64,000 bases of DNA from Pseudomonadota bacterium (GCA_020161145.1 JAIUPQ010000009.1:37781-101780); one strand, 5' to 3'; numbered from the stretch's first letter, positions 49,883-60,588 are shown. Program-made: numbers and translations. Notes: generated by a model from the letters alone, not told the origin.

Positions 49883-50323
49883 TCAGGGGTGGGTCAGCAC
49901 CTCGTCACCATACCGGTCGCGCTCACCCGTGGGCCGCCAGCCCAGGTGGCGGTAGAAGCCGTGGGCGCGCACGGCGGGGTCGGCGGCGCAGCCCAGGGTC
50001 AGCTGCGGGTGGCCGCGCTCACGCAATTCGGCCATGGTGGTGGCCAGCAAGGCCTTGCCTATGCCTTGGCCTTCAAACGCCGGGCGCAGCGCCAGCACCA
50101 CCACCTCGCCGCTGGCGGCATCGCCAAAGCAGTAGCCGGCCAGTTGCGGCCCGTGCGTCCAGACGAAGCCGGGCAGGCGGTCGGCCGCCACGTCGGCAGC
50201 CCAGCTCTGGGCGGTGATGCCCAACTCGGCCAACCGCGTGGCCGAGATGGCGTTCTCGCGCGTCAACCCGCGGATGGCCACGCATTCGGCCACGTCGTGC
50301 GGGAGGGCGCGGCGCAGCGTCAC
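49883..50323 (-). CDS. GNAT-family N-acetyltransferase
   Basis: The acetyl-CoA-binding segment [17 protein letters not shown] fits the Q/RxxGxG/A motif. Size is 146 aa. Confidence 0.8.
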   Translation of the reverse strand: MTLRRALPHDVAECVAIRGLTRENAISATRLAELGITAQSWAADVAADRLPGFVWTHGPQLAGYCFGDAASGEVVVLALRPAFEGQGIGKALLATTMAELRERGHPQLTLGCAADPAVRAHGFYRHLGWRPTGERDRYGDEVLTHP

Positions 50324-51246
50324 GCCTCTTCGGTGGGCAGAAAGCCCTCGACCGACAGGTAGCGCTCGCCGGTGTCGTAGTTGAACCCCAGCACCCGGCT
50401 TCCAGGGGGCAGATCAGGCAGCTTCTGGGCAATGGCCGCCAGCGTGGCGCCGCTGGAGATGCCCACCAGCATGCCTTCCTCGCTGGCGCTGCGGCGGGCG
50501 TACTCGCGCGCCGGTTCGGCCTCGACCTGGATCACCCCGTCCAGCAACCCGGTGTTCAGGTTTTTGGGGATGAAGCCCGCACCGATGCCTTGAATGGGGT
50601 GGGGGGCCGGGTTGCCCCCGCTGATGACGGGCGACTGCGTGGGCTCGACCGCAAACACCTTGAGTTGGGGCCAGCGGGCCTTGAGCACCTGGGCCACGCC
50701 GGTGATGTGGCCGCCGGTGCCCACGCCGGTGATGATGGCGTCCAGCCCCTCGGGGAAATCGGTGGCAATTTCTTCGGCCGTGGTGCGCACGTGCACGGCC
50801 ACGTTGGCGGGGTTGTTGAACTGCTGTGGCATCCAGGCGCCAGGGGTGGCCGCCACCAGCTCTTCGGCACGGGCGATGGCGCCCTTCATGCCTTTTTCGC
50901 GCGGCGTCAGCTCAAAACGTGCGCCATAGGCCAGCATCAGGCGGCGGCGTTCGATGCTCATGGAGTCGGGCATCACCAGCACCAGCGGATAGCCTTTGAC
51001 GGCGGCCACCATGGCCAGGCCCACGCCGGTGTTGCCGCTGGTGGGCTCGATGATGGTGCCACCGGGCTTGAGCGCGCCGCTGGCCTCGGCATCTTCGACC
51101 ATGGCCAGCGCGATGCGGTCCTTGATGGAGCCGCCCGGGTTGGCGCGCTCGTTCTTGATCCAGACCTCATGGGTCTGGGGGAACAGCCGCTGGACGCGAA
51201 CGTGCGGCGTGCGGCCAATGGTGGCCAGGATGGTGTCGGCTTTCAT
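50320..51246 (-). CDS. cysK: cysteine synthase A (O-acetylserine sulfhydrylase)
   Basis: [19 protein letters not shown]...[12 protein letters not shown]...[10 protein letters not shown] are the PLP-lysine and Gly-loop motifs. Confidence 0.93.
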   Translation of the reverse strand: MKADTILATIGRTPHVRVQRLFPQTHEVWIKNERANPGGSIKDRIALAMVEDAEASGALKPGGTIIEPTSGNTGVGLAMVAAVKGYPLVLVMPDSMSIERRRLMLAYGARFELTPREKGMKGAIARAEELVAATPGAWMPQQFNNPANVAVHVRTTAEEIATDFPEGLDAIITGVGTGGHITGVAQVLKARWPQLKVFAVEPTQSPVISGGNPAPHPIQGIGAGFIPKNLNTGLLDGVIQVEAEPAREYARRSASEEGMLVGISSGATLAAIAQKLPDLPPGSRVLGFNYDTGERYLSVEGFLPTEEA

Positions 51247-51394
51247 ATGGGAGTCCTTTTAGCGCAATGGGTGCATGTTGGCAAAAAGCGGCTGCCTTGT
51301 CGCCTATGAGCTTCCAACGCGCGGGCATAACGTGTGGGCGCGGGCTGGAGCCGTGGCGGTGGCTTCTACACTCAAGCGGTCACAACCCTTATCG

Positions 51395-51820
51395 ATGATG
51401 CTGATGAAAACTGTGTTTGTCCTGATTGCGCTGGCCGTCGCCGCGCCGGTTGCCATGGCCGCTGAGGTGCCCGATGCGCTGGTGGCTTCAACCCTAGGGG
51501 TGTCGGGCGTGAAGCACACCACCAAGGTGGCCAACAAGTACGGGGTCAGCTACTCGGATGTCACCTATGTCGATGGGCAGGGGCAGGCGATGATCGTCAT
51601 TCGTCATGCGGATCCGGCGCAGTTCTCGCTCTGGAAGCAAGCCGGCGGCAACGCCATTGCATCGGTGGCCGGGGTCGGCGCCGAAGCCTTTCAGTACAAG
51701 ATGATTGGCGGTGTCTGTGCCAGGAGTGTCACCCATGCGGCCTGTGTGACGGATTTGCTGGGCAAGGGAGTGCCGTTCTCGCAGGCGCAGCTCCTGACTT
51801 TGCTTAAGGCGGCGCTGTAG
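51395..51820 (+). CDS. hypothetical small secreted protein
   Basis: Signal peptide (MMLMKTVFVLIALAVAAPVAMA). The mature part is about 120 aa with no recognisable family. Confidence 0.45.
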   Translation: MMLMKTVFVLIALAVAAPVAMAAEVPDALVASTLGVSGVKHTTKVANKYGVSYSDVTYVDGQGQAMIVIRHADPAQFSLWKQAGGNAIASVAGVGAEAFQYKMIGGVCARSVTHAACVTDLLGKGVPFSQAQLLTLLKAAL

Positions 51821-51906
51821 CCTGGCCCCGCAGATGGATGCGGTGCTGCACGGCGGTCCGCGCCGGCCGGGGTCTGTCAATTGCCGCGTGACACAATCCC
51901 CGCCGT

Positions 51907-52360
51907 GAAGCGAGCCAGACCGCCGCTGGCGCAAGGCCCGAAAGGGCGCGCTGGAGGAAGGTCCGGACTGCACAGGGCAGCGTAGCGGGTAACCCCCGTC
52001 CACCGCGAGGTGCGGATCAGAGCCACAGAGACGAGTCGGCCCGGGGTGCGCTCCAAGCTGGGTGGTCTACGAGGAGCCGGCGTCAGCCGGCATTGCCTTG
52101 GCGCAAGCCAAGGCCAGCCGCGCGAGCGGCTGCCGAGTAGCACCCGGCCTGGGGTCATCAAGGCCCCAGGCCGGGTGAAACGCGGCAATCTCTACGCGCA
52201 GCAACACCAAATAGGCACGCGATGATCTGGCCCGGAGAGCGTGCGGGTAGGTGGCACCGAGCCGTCCGGGTAACCGGCGGCCCAGATGAATGGCGGTCAC
52301 ACGCGCTTGGGCGCAAGTCCTGGCGCGCGCACAGAATCCGGCCTATCGGCTCGCTTCACT
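51907..52360 (+). ncRNA. rnpB: RNase P RNA, bacterial type A
   Basis: The P1 helix pairs GAAGCGAGCC (51907-51916) with GGCTCGCTTC (52348-52357). The universally conserved GGAGGAAGGTCCGGAC...CACAGGGCAG is present, as are the 3' conserved AGATGAATGGCGGTCACA and ACAGAATCCGGCCTATCGGC. These match the E. coli M1 RNA landmarks from memory. The ends are accurate to within a few nt. Confidence 0.9.
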
Positions 52361-52385
52361 TTTTCAACTCCATCACCCCGACCGC

Positions 52386-53606
52386 ATGAATCCAGACGCT
52401 GCCCGACTTTGGCCCCATGCCCGCTGGCTGCTGGCGGCGCTGCTGGCTTCGCTGGCCATGCTGGGGCCGTTCTCCATCGACACCTATCTGCCGGCGTTCT
52501 CGGGCATTGGGGCGTCGCTGGATGCCACGCCGGTGCAGATGCAGCAGACGCTGTCGGCCTATCTGCTGGGCTTTGCGGTGATGAACCTGTTCCACGGCGC
52601 GCTGTCCGATTCGCTGGGCCGGCGGCCGGTGGTGCTGGCCGGCATGGCGGTGTTCACCGTGGCCTCGGTGGGGTGCGCGCTGTCGCAGTCCATCGGGCAT
52701 CTGATCTTCTTTCGGGCGCTGCAAGGCATGTCGGCGGGGGCGGGCATGGTGGTCTCGCGCGCCATCATCCGCGACATGTTTCCGCCCGACGAGGCGCAGC
52801 GGGTGATGGCGCAGGTGACCATCTACTTCGGCGTGGCGCCGGCCATTGCGCCCATCATCGGCGGCTACCTGTTCGTGCACCTGGACTGGCATGCCATCTT
52901 CTGGTTTCTGGCAGCCATCGGGTTGGCGCTGCTGGTGGCCATGTGGCGCGCGCTGCCCGAGACGCTGCACGCCACCCAGCGCCAGCCGTTCGGCCTGATG
53001 GAGCTGCTGCGCGGCTACCGCGAGCTGGTGGGCAGCGCGCGGTTCCTGGCGCTGGTGCTGGCCTCGGGCGTGCCGTTCAACGGCATGTTCCTCTACGTGC
53101 TGTCGGCACCGGTGTTCCTGGGTGAGTTGCTGGGCCTGGGGCCCACGCAGTACTACCGCTTCTTCCTGTGCACCATCGGCGGCATCATGGCCGGGGCCTG
53201 GCTGTCGGGGCGGCTGGCGGGCCGCGTCAAGCCCAAGTACCAGATCCGATTGGGCTTTGTCATCATGCTGGCCACCTCGCTGACCAGCCTGGCTGCCAAT
53301 CTGTGGCTGCCGCTGTCGGCCTGGTGGGCGCTGCCACTGATCGGGTTCTTCTCGTTCGGCTGGGCGCTGATGGTGCCGGTGGTGACGCTGCTGGTGCTGG
53401 ATCAGGTGCCCACGCGGCGGGGCATGGCCTCGTCGCTGCAGGCCTGCATCGCCAGCGCCGCCAACGCGGTGGTGGCCGGGGTGGTGGCGCCGCTGGTGAT
53501 GCACAGCGCCCTGGGGCTGTCCATCGCCTCGCTGAGCATGATGATGGTGGGGCTGGTTGCCTGGCTCTGGGTCAAGCCCAAGCTGCCGGCGGCGGCTGTG
53601 CTATAG
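52386..53606 (+). CDS. MFS transporter, Bcr/CflA drug-resistance subfamily
   Basis: ATG at 52386, because the longer ORF start lies inside rnpB. LGPFSIDTYLPAFSGIGASL...LSDSLGRRPV is the Bcr/CflA signature. It has 12 TM helices. Confidence 0.88.
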   Translation: MNPDAARLWPHARWLLAALLASLAMLGPFSIDTYLPAFSGIGASLDATPVQMQQTLSAYLLGFAVMNLFHGALSDSLGRRPVVLAGMAVFTVASVGCALSQSIGHLIFFRALQGMSAGAGMVVSRAIIRDMFPPDEAQRVMAQVTIYFGVAPAIAPIIGGYLFVHLDWHAIFWFLAAIGLALLVAMWRALPETLHATQRQPFGLMELLRGYRELVGSARFLALVLASGVPFNGMFLYVLSAPVFLGELLGLGPTQYYRFFLCTIGGIMAGAWLSGRLAGRVKPKYQIRLGFVIMLATSLTSLAANLWLPLSAWWALPLIGFFSFGWALMVPVVTLLVLDQVPTRRGMASSLQACIASAANAVVAGVVAPLVMHSALGLSIASLSMMMVGLVAWLWVKPKLPAAAVL

Positions 53607-53729
53607 TCGCCGGCTTACCCGAAACTGGCGGGGGGCTATTCACGGGTCTGAGAGGCTGCAAAGCAGAACAAGCAGCGCCGAAGACCCCAGCCGACAGCCG
53701 GTATTTCTTTTTTGCAAAGACCCTCTCTG

Positions 53730-54158
53730 ATGAAAACCTTCAGCGCCAAACCGGCCGAAGTGACGCACGAGTGGTTTGTGCTTGATGCCACCGACAAGGT
53801 GCTCGGACGTGTCGCCAGCGAAGTGGCACTCCGTCTGCGCGGCAAGCACAAGGCCATCTACACGCCTCACGTCGATACCGGCGACTACATCGTCATCGTC
53901 AACGCCGACAAGTTGCGTGTCACCGGCAACAAGGCCAACGACAAGGTGTACTACCGCCATTCGGGCTTCCCCGGTGGCATCTACGGCACCAAGTTCAAGG
54001 ACATGCAAGCCAAGCACCCCGGCCGCGCGCTGGAGAAGGCCGTCAAGGGCATGCTGCCCAAGGGCCCGCTGGGTTACGCGATGATCAAGAAGCTGAAGGT
54101 GTACGCGGGCGACGCCCATCCGCACGCCGCCCAGCAGCCCAAAGTGCTGGACATCTAA
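53730..54158 (+). CDS. rplM: 50S ribosomal protein L13
   Basis: [41 protein letters not shown] is canonical L13. Confidence 0.97.
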   Translation: MKTFSAKPAEVTHEWFVLDATDKVLGRVASEVALRLRGKHKAIYTPHVDTGDYIVIVNADKLRVTGNKANDKVYYRHSGFPGGIYGTKFKDMQAKHPGRALEKAVKGMLPKGPLGYAMIKKLKVYAGDAHPHAAQQPKVLDI

Positions 54159-54164
54159 GGAGCC

Positions 54165-54560
54165 GTGATGATCGGACAATGGAATTACGGCACCGGCCGC
54201 CGCAAATCGTCGGTGGCCCGCGTGTTCATCAAGAAGGGCAGTGGCCAGATCACCGTCAACGGCAAGCCGGTTGACGAGTATTTCGGCCGCCAGACCTCGA
54301 TCATGATCGTCAAGCAGCCGCTGCTGCTGACGGCCAATGGCGAGTTCTTCGACATCAAGGTCAACGTCCACGGTGGTGGCGAATCGGGTCAGGCCGGCGC
54401 CGTGCGCCACGGCATCACCCGTGCGCTGATCGACTACGACGTGGCCCTGAAGGCCGAACTCAGCCGCGCCGGCTTCGTCACCCGCGACGCCCGCGAGGTG
54501 GAGCGCAAGAAGGTCGGTCTGCACGGCGCGCGTCGCCGCAAGCAGTTCAGCAAGCGCTGA
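54165..54560 (+). CDS. rpsI: 30S ribosomal protein S9
   Basis: [20 protein letters not shown]...[19 protein letters not shown]...[10 protein letters not shown] is canonical S9. Confidence 0.97.
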   Translation: MMIGQWNYGTGRRKSSVARVFIKKGSGQITVNGKPVDEYFGRQTSIMIVKQPLLLTANGEFFDIKVNVHGGGESGQAGAVRHGITRALIDYDVALKAELSRAGFVTRDAREVERKKVGLHGARRRKQFSKR

Positions 54561-54585
54561 TCGGGCGCCACCGCCCACACGACAC

Positions 54586-54610
54586 AAGGCCGCCTTCGCG
54601 CGGCCTTTTT
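54586..54610 (+). terminator. Rho-independent terminator after rplM-rpsI
   Basis: GGCCGC (54588-54593) pairs with GCGGCC (54600-54605) and is followed by TTTTT (54606-54610). Confidence 0.6.
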
Positions 54611-54617
54611 CGTCCCC

Positions 54618-55340
54618 ATGCGCTGGAAGCTCAAACTCATTCGCCGCCGCCTGTTCTCGCGGGCCACGCAGCGCATGCATGTGCGTGGCGCGCTGTTCTG
54701 GCCGCTGCGCTGGCTGGTGGGCGCGGTGGTGCTGGGCCTCTCAGGCGCGCTGGCCCTGTGGGCCTTCGAATGGGGCAAGGACATTGCGGGCCTGGATCGC
54801 GCGGCCAAGCAGCAGGTGATCCGGCTGCAAGGTGAGCTGACCGAGGCGCAGGCCCGGCTGGGCCGTGCCCAGGCGGTGGCCGATACGGCCGAGAGCCTGC
54901 TCAAGGCGGGTGAGGCGGCGCAGACCCGACTGGCCGAGCAACTGCGGCAGGTGGAGGCCGAGAACCTCGCCCTCAAGGCCGATGTGGGCGCTTTCGAGCG
55001 CCTGCTGCCCAGCGCGGCGGGGCAGGACGGCGTGGCCGTGGCGCGCTTTGATGTCGAGGCCCAGGCCCCGGGCCGGCTGCGCTACCAGGCGCTGGTGGTG
55101 CTGGGCGGGCGGGCGCGGCAGGTGTTTGCCGGGCGCTACGAGCTCACGCTCAGCGGCACGCTGCACGGCCAGCCCTGGACGATGGGCCCTTCAGGCAACG
55201 CCAGCCCGCTGGAGTTGACCCAATACCGGCGCATCGAGGGCGTGTTCGAGTACCCACCTGATGCCGTGGTAAAAACCGCGCAGTTTCGCGTGCTTGACGC
55301 CAAGGGCGCGGTGCGGGCCAGTGAGCAGGCTCGCTTGTAA
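54618..55340 (+). CDS. hypothetical membrane-anchored coiled-coil protein
   Basis: N-terminal TM helix (WLVGAVVLGLSGALALWAF), a coiled-coil-like region (QGELTEAQARLGRAQ...LAEQLRQVEAENLALKAD), then a beta-rich C-terminal domain. It lies immediately upstream of a bactofilin gene. Confidence 0.6.
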   Translation: MRWKLKLIRRRLFSRATQRMHVRGALFWPLRWLVGAVVLGLSGALALWAFEWGKDIAGLDRAAKQQVIRLQGELTEAQARLGRAQAVADTAESLLKAGEAAQTRLAEQLRQVEAENLALKADVGAFERLLPSAAGQDGVAVARFDVEAQAPGRLRYQALVVLGGRARQVFAGRYELTLSGTLHGQPWTMGPSGNASPLELTQYRRIEGVFEYPPDAVVKTAQFRVLDAKGAVRASEQARL

Positions 55341-55354
55341 GGAGACTTTCGCCC

Positions 55355-55786
55355 ATGTGGCCAGGCCGCCGCAAACAACCCCCCATCCGCACCCTGATCG
55401 GCGACGGCGCCTCGTTCCAGGGCGATCTGCGTTTCACCGATGGCCTGCGCATCGACGGCGATGTGCGCGGCAGCGTCATCGCCACCGGTGCCGGGCCCAG
55501 CCTGCTGGTGATTGCCGAGCATGCCCATGTCGAGGGCAAGGTGCTGGCCGGCCACGTCATCGTCAACGGCGAGGTGCGTGGCCCTGTTCACGCCGTGGAA
55601 TTGCTTGAATTGCAGCCCAAGGCCCGTATCTTCGGGGACGTGATGTATGGTGCTTTGGAGATGCACCAGGGCGCGCAGGTCGATGGCCATATGCGCCCGG
55701 CCGTGCGCAGCGATACCGACACCCCCATCTTGCAACTGGCCACCAAGCCCGAGCGCCTGGTGGCTTCGCCAACCGACAAGGAATGA
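55355..55786 (+). CDS. bactofilin-family polymer-forming cytoskeletal protein
   Basis: Repetitive beta-helix pattern: [27 protein letters not shown]...[20 protein letters not shown]...[22 protein letters not shown]. Confidence 0.85.
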   Translation: MWPGRRKQPPIRTLIGDGASFQGDLRFTDGLRIDGDVRGSVIATGAGPSLLVIAEHAHVEGKVLAGHVIVNGEVRGPVHAVELLELQPKARIFGDVMYGALEMHQGAQVDGHMRPAVRSDTDTPILQLATKPERLVASPTDKE

Positions 55787-56163
55787 CCATGACCGCCACC
55801 GCCGTTGCCCCCGCAGCCGCTCCCTCCGCCCCACCCGCGCCGCTGGTGTTCACCGACAGTGCCGCCGCCAAGGTGGCCGAGCTGGTGGCCGAGGAGGGCA
55901 ACCCCGACCTCAAGCTGCGCGTCTTCGTGCAAGGCGGCGGTTGCTCGGGCTTCCAGTACGGCTTCACCTTTGACGAGGCCGTGGGTGAGGACGACACCCA
56001 GATGGACAAGAACGGCGTGACGCTGCTGATCGACGCCATGAGCCTGCAGTACCTGATGGGTGCCGAGATCGATTACAAGGACGACCTGCAGGGCGCCCAG
56101 TTCGTCATCAAGAACCCCAACGCCACCACCACCTGCGGCTGCGGGTCCAGCTTCTCGGCCTGA
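55783..56163 (+). CDS. erpA: iron-sulfur cluster insertion protein ErpA (A-type carrier)
   Basis: [17 protein letters not shown]...[14 protein letters not shown] carries the three A-type carrier Cys residues. Confidence 0.93.
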   Translation: MTMTATAVAPAAAPSAPPAPLVFTDSAAAKVAELVAEEGNPDLKLRVFVQGGGCSGFQYGFTFDEAVGEDDTQMDKNGVTLLIDAMSLQYLMGAEIDYKDDLQGAQFVIKNPNATTTCGCGSSFSA

Positions 56164-56188
56164 TTTGTCGGCCCGATGACCTGAAGGT

Positions 56189-57322
56189 TCAGCCGGCGCG
56201 TGTCGGCTGAGGGTGGCCGCTGGGGTACCAGCACCCCAGCACCCGCTCGCCGAGGGCACCCGTCACCGCCGGCAAATTGCCCGGCAACCCCTGCATGAAG
56301 CGCGCTGCCAGCCAGGCAAAGGCCGTGGCCTCTACCTGCATGGCCGGGAGGCCATGGGCATCGCTGGCCTCTACGCGCACGCCCGGCAGCGCGGCCCGCA
56401 GCGCGGCCATCAAGGCACGGTTCAGGGTGCCTCCCCCACAGACGATCAGCAACTGCGTGGCCGGTGCGTAGGCGCGCAGGTCGGCGGCGATGGTGGTGGT
56501 CGTCAAGGCCAGCAAGGTGGCTTGCACGTCTTGCGGGCGGGCCGGTGGCTCCTGGGCCAGATGGGCGTCCAGCCAGGCCAGGTGAAAGCGGTCGCGCCCG
56601 GTGCTGCGTGGCGGCGGCAGCGCAAAGTACGGCTCGGCCCGCAGCCGCGCCAGCAATGCCGGCAGCACCTGGCCGCTGGCGGCCCAGGCGCCGTCTGCGT
56701 CGTACAGCGTGCCCGGGCGGTGGCGGGCGACCCAGGCGTCCAGCAACACGTTGGCCGGGCCGCAATCGAAGCCGGTCGGCGCCGCGCCCAGCAGGCTGAG
56801 GTTGGCGATGCCGCCCAGGTTCAGCACGGCGGTCTGCGGCTGGCCGCCAAACCGGGCTTGATGGAAGGCGGGCACCAGCGGGGCGCCCTGACCGCCAGCG
56901 GCCACGTCGCGGGCGCGAAAGTCGCAGACCACGTCGATGCCGGTCGCTTCGGCCAGCCTGGCGCCGCTCAGCAGTTGTACCGTCCAGCCCTGGTCGGGTT
57001 GGTGGCGCACGGTCTGGCCATGCGCACCCAGGGCGCGCACCGCGCCGGGTGCCAGGCCGGCTGCAGCCAGCAGCGCGTGGGCAGCCTGGGCATAGGCATC
57101 GGCCACGGCGTTGGCCGCCCGCGCTGCGCGCGGGAGCTCATCGGCGCCGCCAGGGCTGTTGAGGGCCAGCAATTCGGTGCGCAGCGCGGTGTCGAAAGGT
57201 TGGTGGTGGTGGGCAGCGACGTCGCTGCGGCCGGGCAGGCCGGCCACCAGCACGGCATCGATGCCGTCCAGCGAGGTGCCGGACATCAAACCGATGTACA
57301 GCGCCCCGTCGCTCGCCCTCAC
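56189..57322 (-). CDS. anmK: anhydro-N-acetylmuramic acid kinase
   Basis: YIGLMSGTSLDGIDAVLV...NLGGIANL is the AnmK signature. Confidence 0.92.
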   Translation of the reverse strand: MRASDGALYIGLMSGTSLDGIDAVLVAGLPGRSDVAAHHHQPFDTALRTELLALNSPGGADELPRAARAANAVADAYAQAAHALLAAAGLAPGAVRALGAHGQTVRHQPDQGWTVQLLSGARLAEATGIDVVCDFRARDVAAGGQGAPLVPAFHQARFGGQPQTAVLNLGGIANLSLLGAAPTGFDCGPANVLLDAWVARHRPGTLYDADGAWAASGQVLPALLARLRAEPYFALPPPRSTGRDRFHLAWLDAHLAQEPPARPQDVQATLLALTTTTIAADLRAYAPATQLLIVCGGGTLNRALMAALRAALPGVRVEASDAHGLPAMQVEATAFAWLAARFMQGLPGNLPAVTGALGERVLGCWYPSGHPQPTRAG

Positions 57323-58731
57323 TCGAACCGCCGCCCCGGGGCGCCCGCCACTTGCGCGGCCGCCGTCAGCGGGCCGCGCAGGCCGGCCACAGTGCCTTCG
57401 AAGCGGGCCAGTTGCGGCGTGCTCAGTGTGGTGGTCTCGGCCAATTTGGCCAGCTTGACCGGGTTGGTCTGCACGCCGTCGATCTTGTACTCGAAGTGCA
57501 GGTGGGGGCCGGTGGCCCAGCCGGTGGCGCCCACGGCACCCACGCGCTGGCCTTGCTCCACGCGCTGGCCGGCGCGCACGTCCACGCGCGAGAGGTGGGC
57601 GTAGAGCGTGGCCTTGCCGCCGGCATGGCGCACCTGAACCACGTTGCCATAGCCGCTCTGGCGGCCGGCCAACTCCACCACGCCATCACCCACCACCCGC
57701 ACCGGGGTGCCGCTGGGGGCGCCGTAGTCCACGCCCTTGTGGGCGCGCCACTGGCCGCTGATGGGGTGGACGCGCATGGCAAAGCCCGAGGTCATGCGCG
57801 AGACGGCCAGCGGGCTGGCCAGGAAAGCACGGCGCTTGGCCTGGCCGTCGGCGTCGAAATAGCCGCCCTTGCCCTCGCCAAACCAGTAGGCGGTGTAGGC
57901 CTTGCCGGCATTGACGAACTCGGCCGCCAGCAGGCGGCCACCGCCGCCACCCCAGCTCACGGGTTCGCCGTCGGCGTACAGGGTTTCATAGACCAGCGTG
58001 AAGCGGTCGCCCTTGCGCAGTTGGCGGTGGAAGTCGATCTCGTTGGCAAAGGCCTCGACCAGTTGCATGGCCACGCCGTCGGGCAGGCCGGCGGCATCGG
58101 TGGCAGCAAAGAGCGAGGAGTCGATGGTGCCGCTGGCCAGCCGCGTGGTGGCGGTGAACGGCACGGTCTCCAGCTCGGTCTGCCAGTGGTCGGCCTGGGT
58201 CGCGTCGCGGGTGAGGCGCAGGCGCTGGAAGGCGCTGGGCGGCCCCTCGGGTTCGGTGGCCGACGCGGCCAGCGGCAGCCGGGCCACCAGTTGCATCAGC
58301 AGGCCGTCCTGGTCGGTGGTGGCCGTGACCATCTTGCCGCCGCCGCCCTGCCACAAGGGTCGTGCGCTGGCGTCGCGGCGCAGCCAGGCGGCCGCGCCGT
58401 CGTCCTGCACGCCCAGGCGGCGCAGCAGGCTGTCCACGCTGTCGTCGGCGCGGGTCACGTCGCTGCGCGGCAGCAGCAGCGCGGCGCCATCCAGGGCGTC
58501 AAGCTGCAGGCGGTCCAGGTGGTGGGCGACGTCCAGCGTGATCTGCTGGCGCGGCAGGTCGGCCGCGTCGGGGGCCAGCGGGGCGATGCCGAAGGCGGTG
58601 ACGCCAAAACCGGCCAGCAGGATGGCCACGGTGGCACCCAGCGCCCGATGGTGGCGGTGTACCCGCTGGCGCAAGGCGTAGGCGCTGTCCAGGCAGCGTG
58701 CCCGCAGGCGCGATGAAAGAGGCAGGGTCAT
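57319..58731 (-). CDS. M23-family metallopeptidase (membrane-anchored)
   Basis: ATG at 58731, one TM helix (ATVAILLAGFGVTAFG), and a C-terminal LytM domain (HKGVDYGAPSGTPV...GYGNVVQVRH...YAHLS...GATGWATGPHLHFE). Confidence 0.88.
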   Translation of the reverse strand: MTLPLSSRLRARCLDSAYALRQRVHRHHRALGATVAILLAGFGVTAFGIAPLAPDAADLPRQQITLDVAHHLDRLQLDALDGAALLLPRSDVTRADDSVDSLLRRLGVQDDGAAAWLRRDASARPLWQGGGGKMVTATTDQDGLLMQLVARLPLAASATEPEGPPSAFQRLRLTRDATQADHWQTELETVPFTATTRLASGTIDSSLFAATDAAGLPDGVAMQLVEAFANEIDFHRQLRKGDRFTLVYETLYADGEPVSWGGGGGRLLAAEFVNAGKAYTAYWFGEGKGGYFDADGQAKRRAFLASPLAVSRMTSGFAMRVHPISGQWRAHKGVDYGAPSGTPVRVVGDGVVELAGRQSGYGNVVQVRHAGGKATLYAHLSRVDVRAGQRVEQGQRVGAVGATGWATGPHLHFEYKIDGVQTNPVKLAKLAETTTLSTPQLARFEGTVAGLRGPLTAAAQVAGAPGRRFE

Positions 58732-58901
58732 GCCGGTCTCGCGTGGAGGCCGCAGCGGGCTTGTGACCCAGGGCGGCGCACTGTCAATCACTCGGGCGCG
58801 GCAGACCGCACCCCCGAAGCTCGCGCGCGGGGTTCGTGGACAATGCGCGAACCCTGGCGCGACCGTCACCGCAACCGGCGCGACGGCAATTTGAAGATTT
58901 T

Positions 58902-60137
58902 ATGACAGACGTCACACATTCCGCCGACCGCCCGCTCTCAGACGCCGTGCGCGAGGCCCTGGCCATCAGCCGCCGCGGTGTGGCCGATCTGCTGCCCGAG
59001 GCCGAATGGGTGGCCAAGCTCCAGCGCAGCGAGGCCAGCGGCCAGCCGCTGCGCATCAAGTTCGGCCTCGACCCGACGGCGCCCGATCTGCATCTGGGCC
59101 ACACCGTGGTGTTCACCAAGATGCGCCAGTTGCAAGACCTGGGGCACACCGTGATTGCGCTGATCGGCGACTTCACCTCCACCATTGGCGACCCTTCAGG
59201 CCGCAACAGCACCCGCCCACCGCTGACGCGCGAGCAGATCGAGGCCAACGCCCGGACGTATTTCGATCAGATCGGTCTGGTGCTGGACATTGCGCGCACC
59301 GAGGTGCGCTACAATAGCGAATGGAGCGACGCGCTGGGCGCGCGCGGCATGATTGCGCTGGCGTCGCGCTACACCGTGGCGCGCATGCTGGAGCGCGAGG
59401 ACTTCACCCGCCGCTTTGCCAGCCAGACCCCGATCTCGGTGCACGAGTTTCTCTACCCGCTGATGCAGGGCTACGACTCGGTGGCGCTCAACAGCGATCT
59501 GGAGCTGGGCGGCACCGACCAGACCTTCAACCTGCTGATGGGCCGCCACATGCAGCAGGAGCACGGTCAGGCGCCGCAATGCATCCTGACCATGCCGCTG
59601 CTCGAAGGGCTGGACGGCGTGGAGAAGATGTCCAAGTCCAAGGGCAACACCATCGGCATCACCGAGCCGGCCAACACCATGTACGCCAAGGTGCTGTCCA
59701 TCTCCGACACGCTGATGTGGCGCTGGTACGAGTTGCTCAGCCAGCGCGGGCTCGACGAGATTGCCCGCCTGCGCGCCGAGGTGGCGGGCGGGCGCAACCC
59801 CAAGGACGCCAAGGTGTTGCTGGCGCGCGAGATCACCACGCGCTTTCACGGCGCCGCCGCCGCCAACGCGGCCCAGGCCGACTTCGCGCTGCGGGCCCAG
59901 GGCGGCATTCCCGACGACATCCCCGAGGTGGCGCTGGGCGGCGCGCCGCTGGGCATTGGCGCGCTGCTCAAGGCGGCAGGCCTGGCGCCCAGCACCAGCG
60001 AAGCCTTGCGGCTGGTCGAGCAAGGCGGCGTGCGCATCGATGGCGCCGCCGTCAGCGACAAAGGGCTCAAAGTCGGCCCCGGCACCCTGACGCTGCAAGT
60101 GGGCAAACGCAAGTTCGCCAAAGTCACCCTGTCTTGA
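58902..60137 (+). CDS. tyrS: tyrosine--tRNA ligase (type 2)
   Basis: ATG at 58902. It has a HIGH motif (PDLHLGHTV), KMSKS (EKMSKSKGN), and a C-terminal S4-like domain. Confidence 0.95.
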   Translation: MTDVTHSADRPLSDAVREALAISRRGVADLLPEAEWVAKLQRSEASGQPLRIKFGLDPTAPDLHLGHTVVFTKMRQLQDLGHTVIALIGDFTSTIGDPSGRNSTRPPLTREQIEANARTYFDQIGLVLDIARTEVRYNSEWSDALGARGMIALASRYTVARMLEREDFTRRFASQTPISVHEFLYPLMQGYDSVALNSDLELGGTDQTFNLLMGRHMQQEHGQAPQCILTMPLLEGLDGVEKMSKSKGNTIGITEPANTMYAKVLSISDTLMWRWYELLSQRGLDEIARLRAEVAGGRNPKDAKVLLAREITTRFHGAAAANAAQADFALRAQGGIPDDIPEVALGGAPLGIGALLKAAGLAPSTSEALRLVEQGGVRIDGAAVSDKGLKVGPGTLTLQVGKRKFAKVTLS

Positions 60138-60147
60138 GGATCCCACC

Positions 60148-60588
60148 ATGAGTCTGTTTCGCACCCTGTTCATCGTCGCCGCCGCGCTGGGCCTGTGGGG
60201 CACCGTGCCCGATGTGGTCGCCGCCGAGAAAGCACCGGCCGCGCCGGCCCAGACCATGCCGTCGGGCCTGATCTACCAAAGCCTCAAGGAGGGCGGCGGC
60301 GCCCAGCCCCAGCCCACCGACGTGGTGCGCGTGCACTACCGGGGCACGCTGGCGGGCGGCAAGGAGTTCGACAGCTCCTACGGCCGCGGCCAGCCGGCCG
60401 AGTTCCCGCTCAACCGCGTCATTCCCTGCTGGACGGAAGGGGTGCGGATGATGAAGGTCGGCGGCAAGGCCCGCCTGATCTGCCCCCCGGGCATCGCCTA
60501 CGGCGAGCGCGGCGCCGGCGGCGGCGTGATCCCGCCCAATGCCACGCTGACCTTCGAGGTCGAACTGCTCGCTATCGTCAAACCCTAG
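60148..60588 (+). CDS. FKBP-type peptidyl-prolyl cis-trans isomerase (periplasmic)
   Basis: A signal peptide followed by VRVHYRGTLAGGKEFDSSYGRGQPAEFPLNRVIPCWTEG...ATLTFEVELL, the FKBP fold signature. Confidence 0.9.
   Translation: MSLFRTLFIVAAALGLWGTVPDVVAAEKAPAAPAQTMPSGLIYQSLKEGGGAQPQPTDVVRVHYRGTLAGGKEFDSSYGRGQPAEFPLNRVIPCWTEGVRMMKVGGKARLICPPGIAYGERGAGGGVIPPNATLTFEVELLAIVKP

Noticed and set aside
51877-52300. Small ORFs at 51877..52188 -, 52010..52225 + and 52067..52300 -, and the long start (52290) of the MFS transporter ORF.
   Set aside because: They lie inside the RNase P RNA gene, whose conserved P1 and P4 landmarks are clear. The MFS transporter start was moved to the ATG at 52386, downstream of rnpB.
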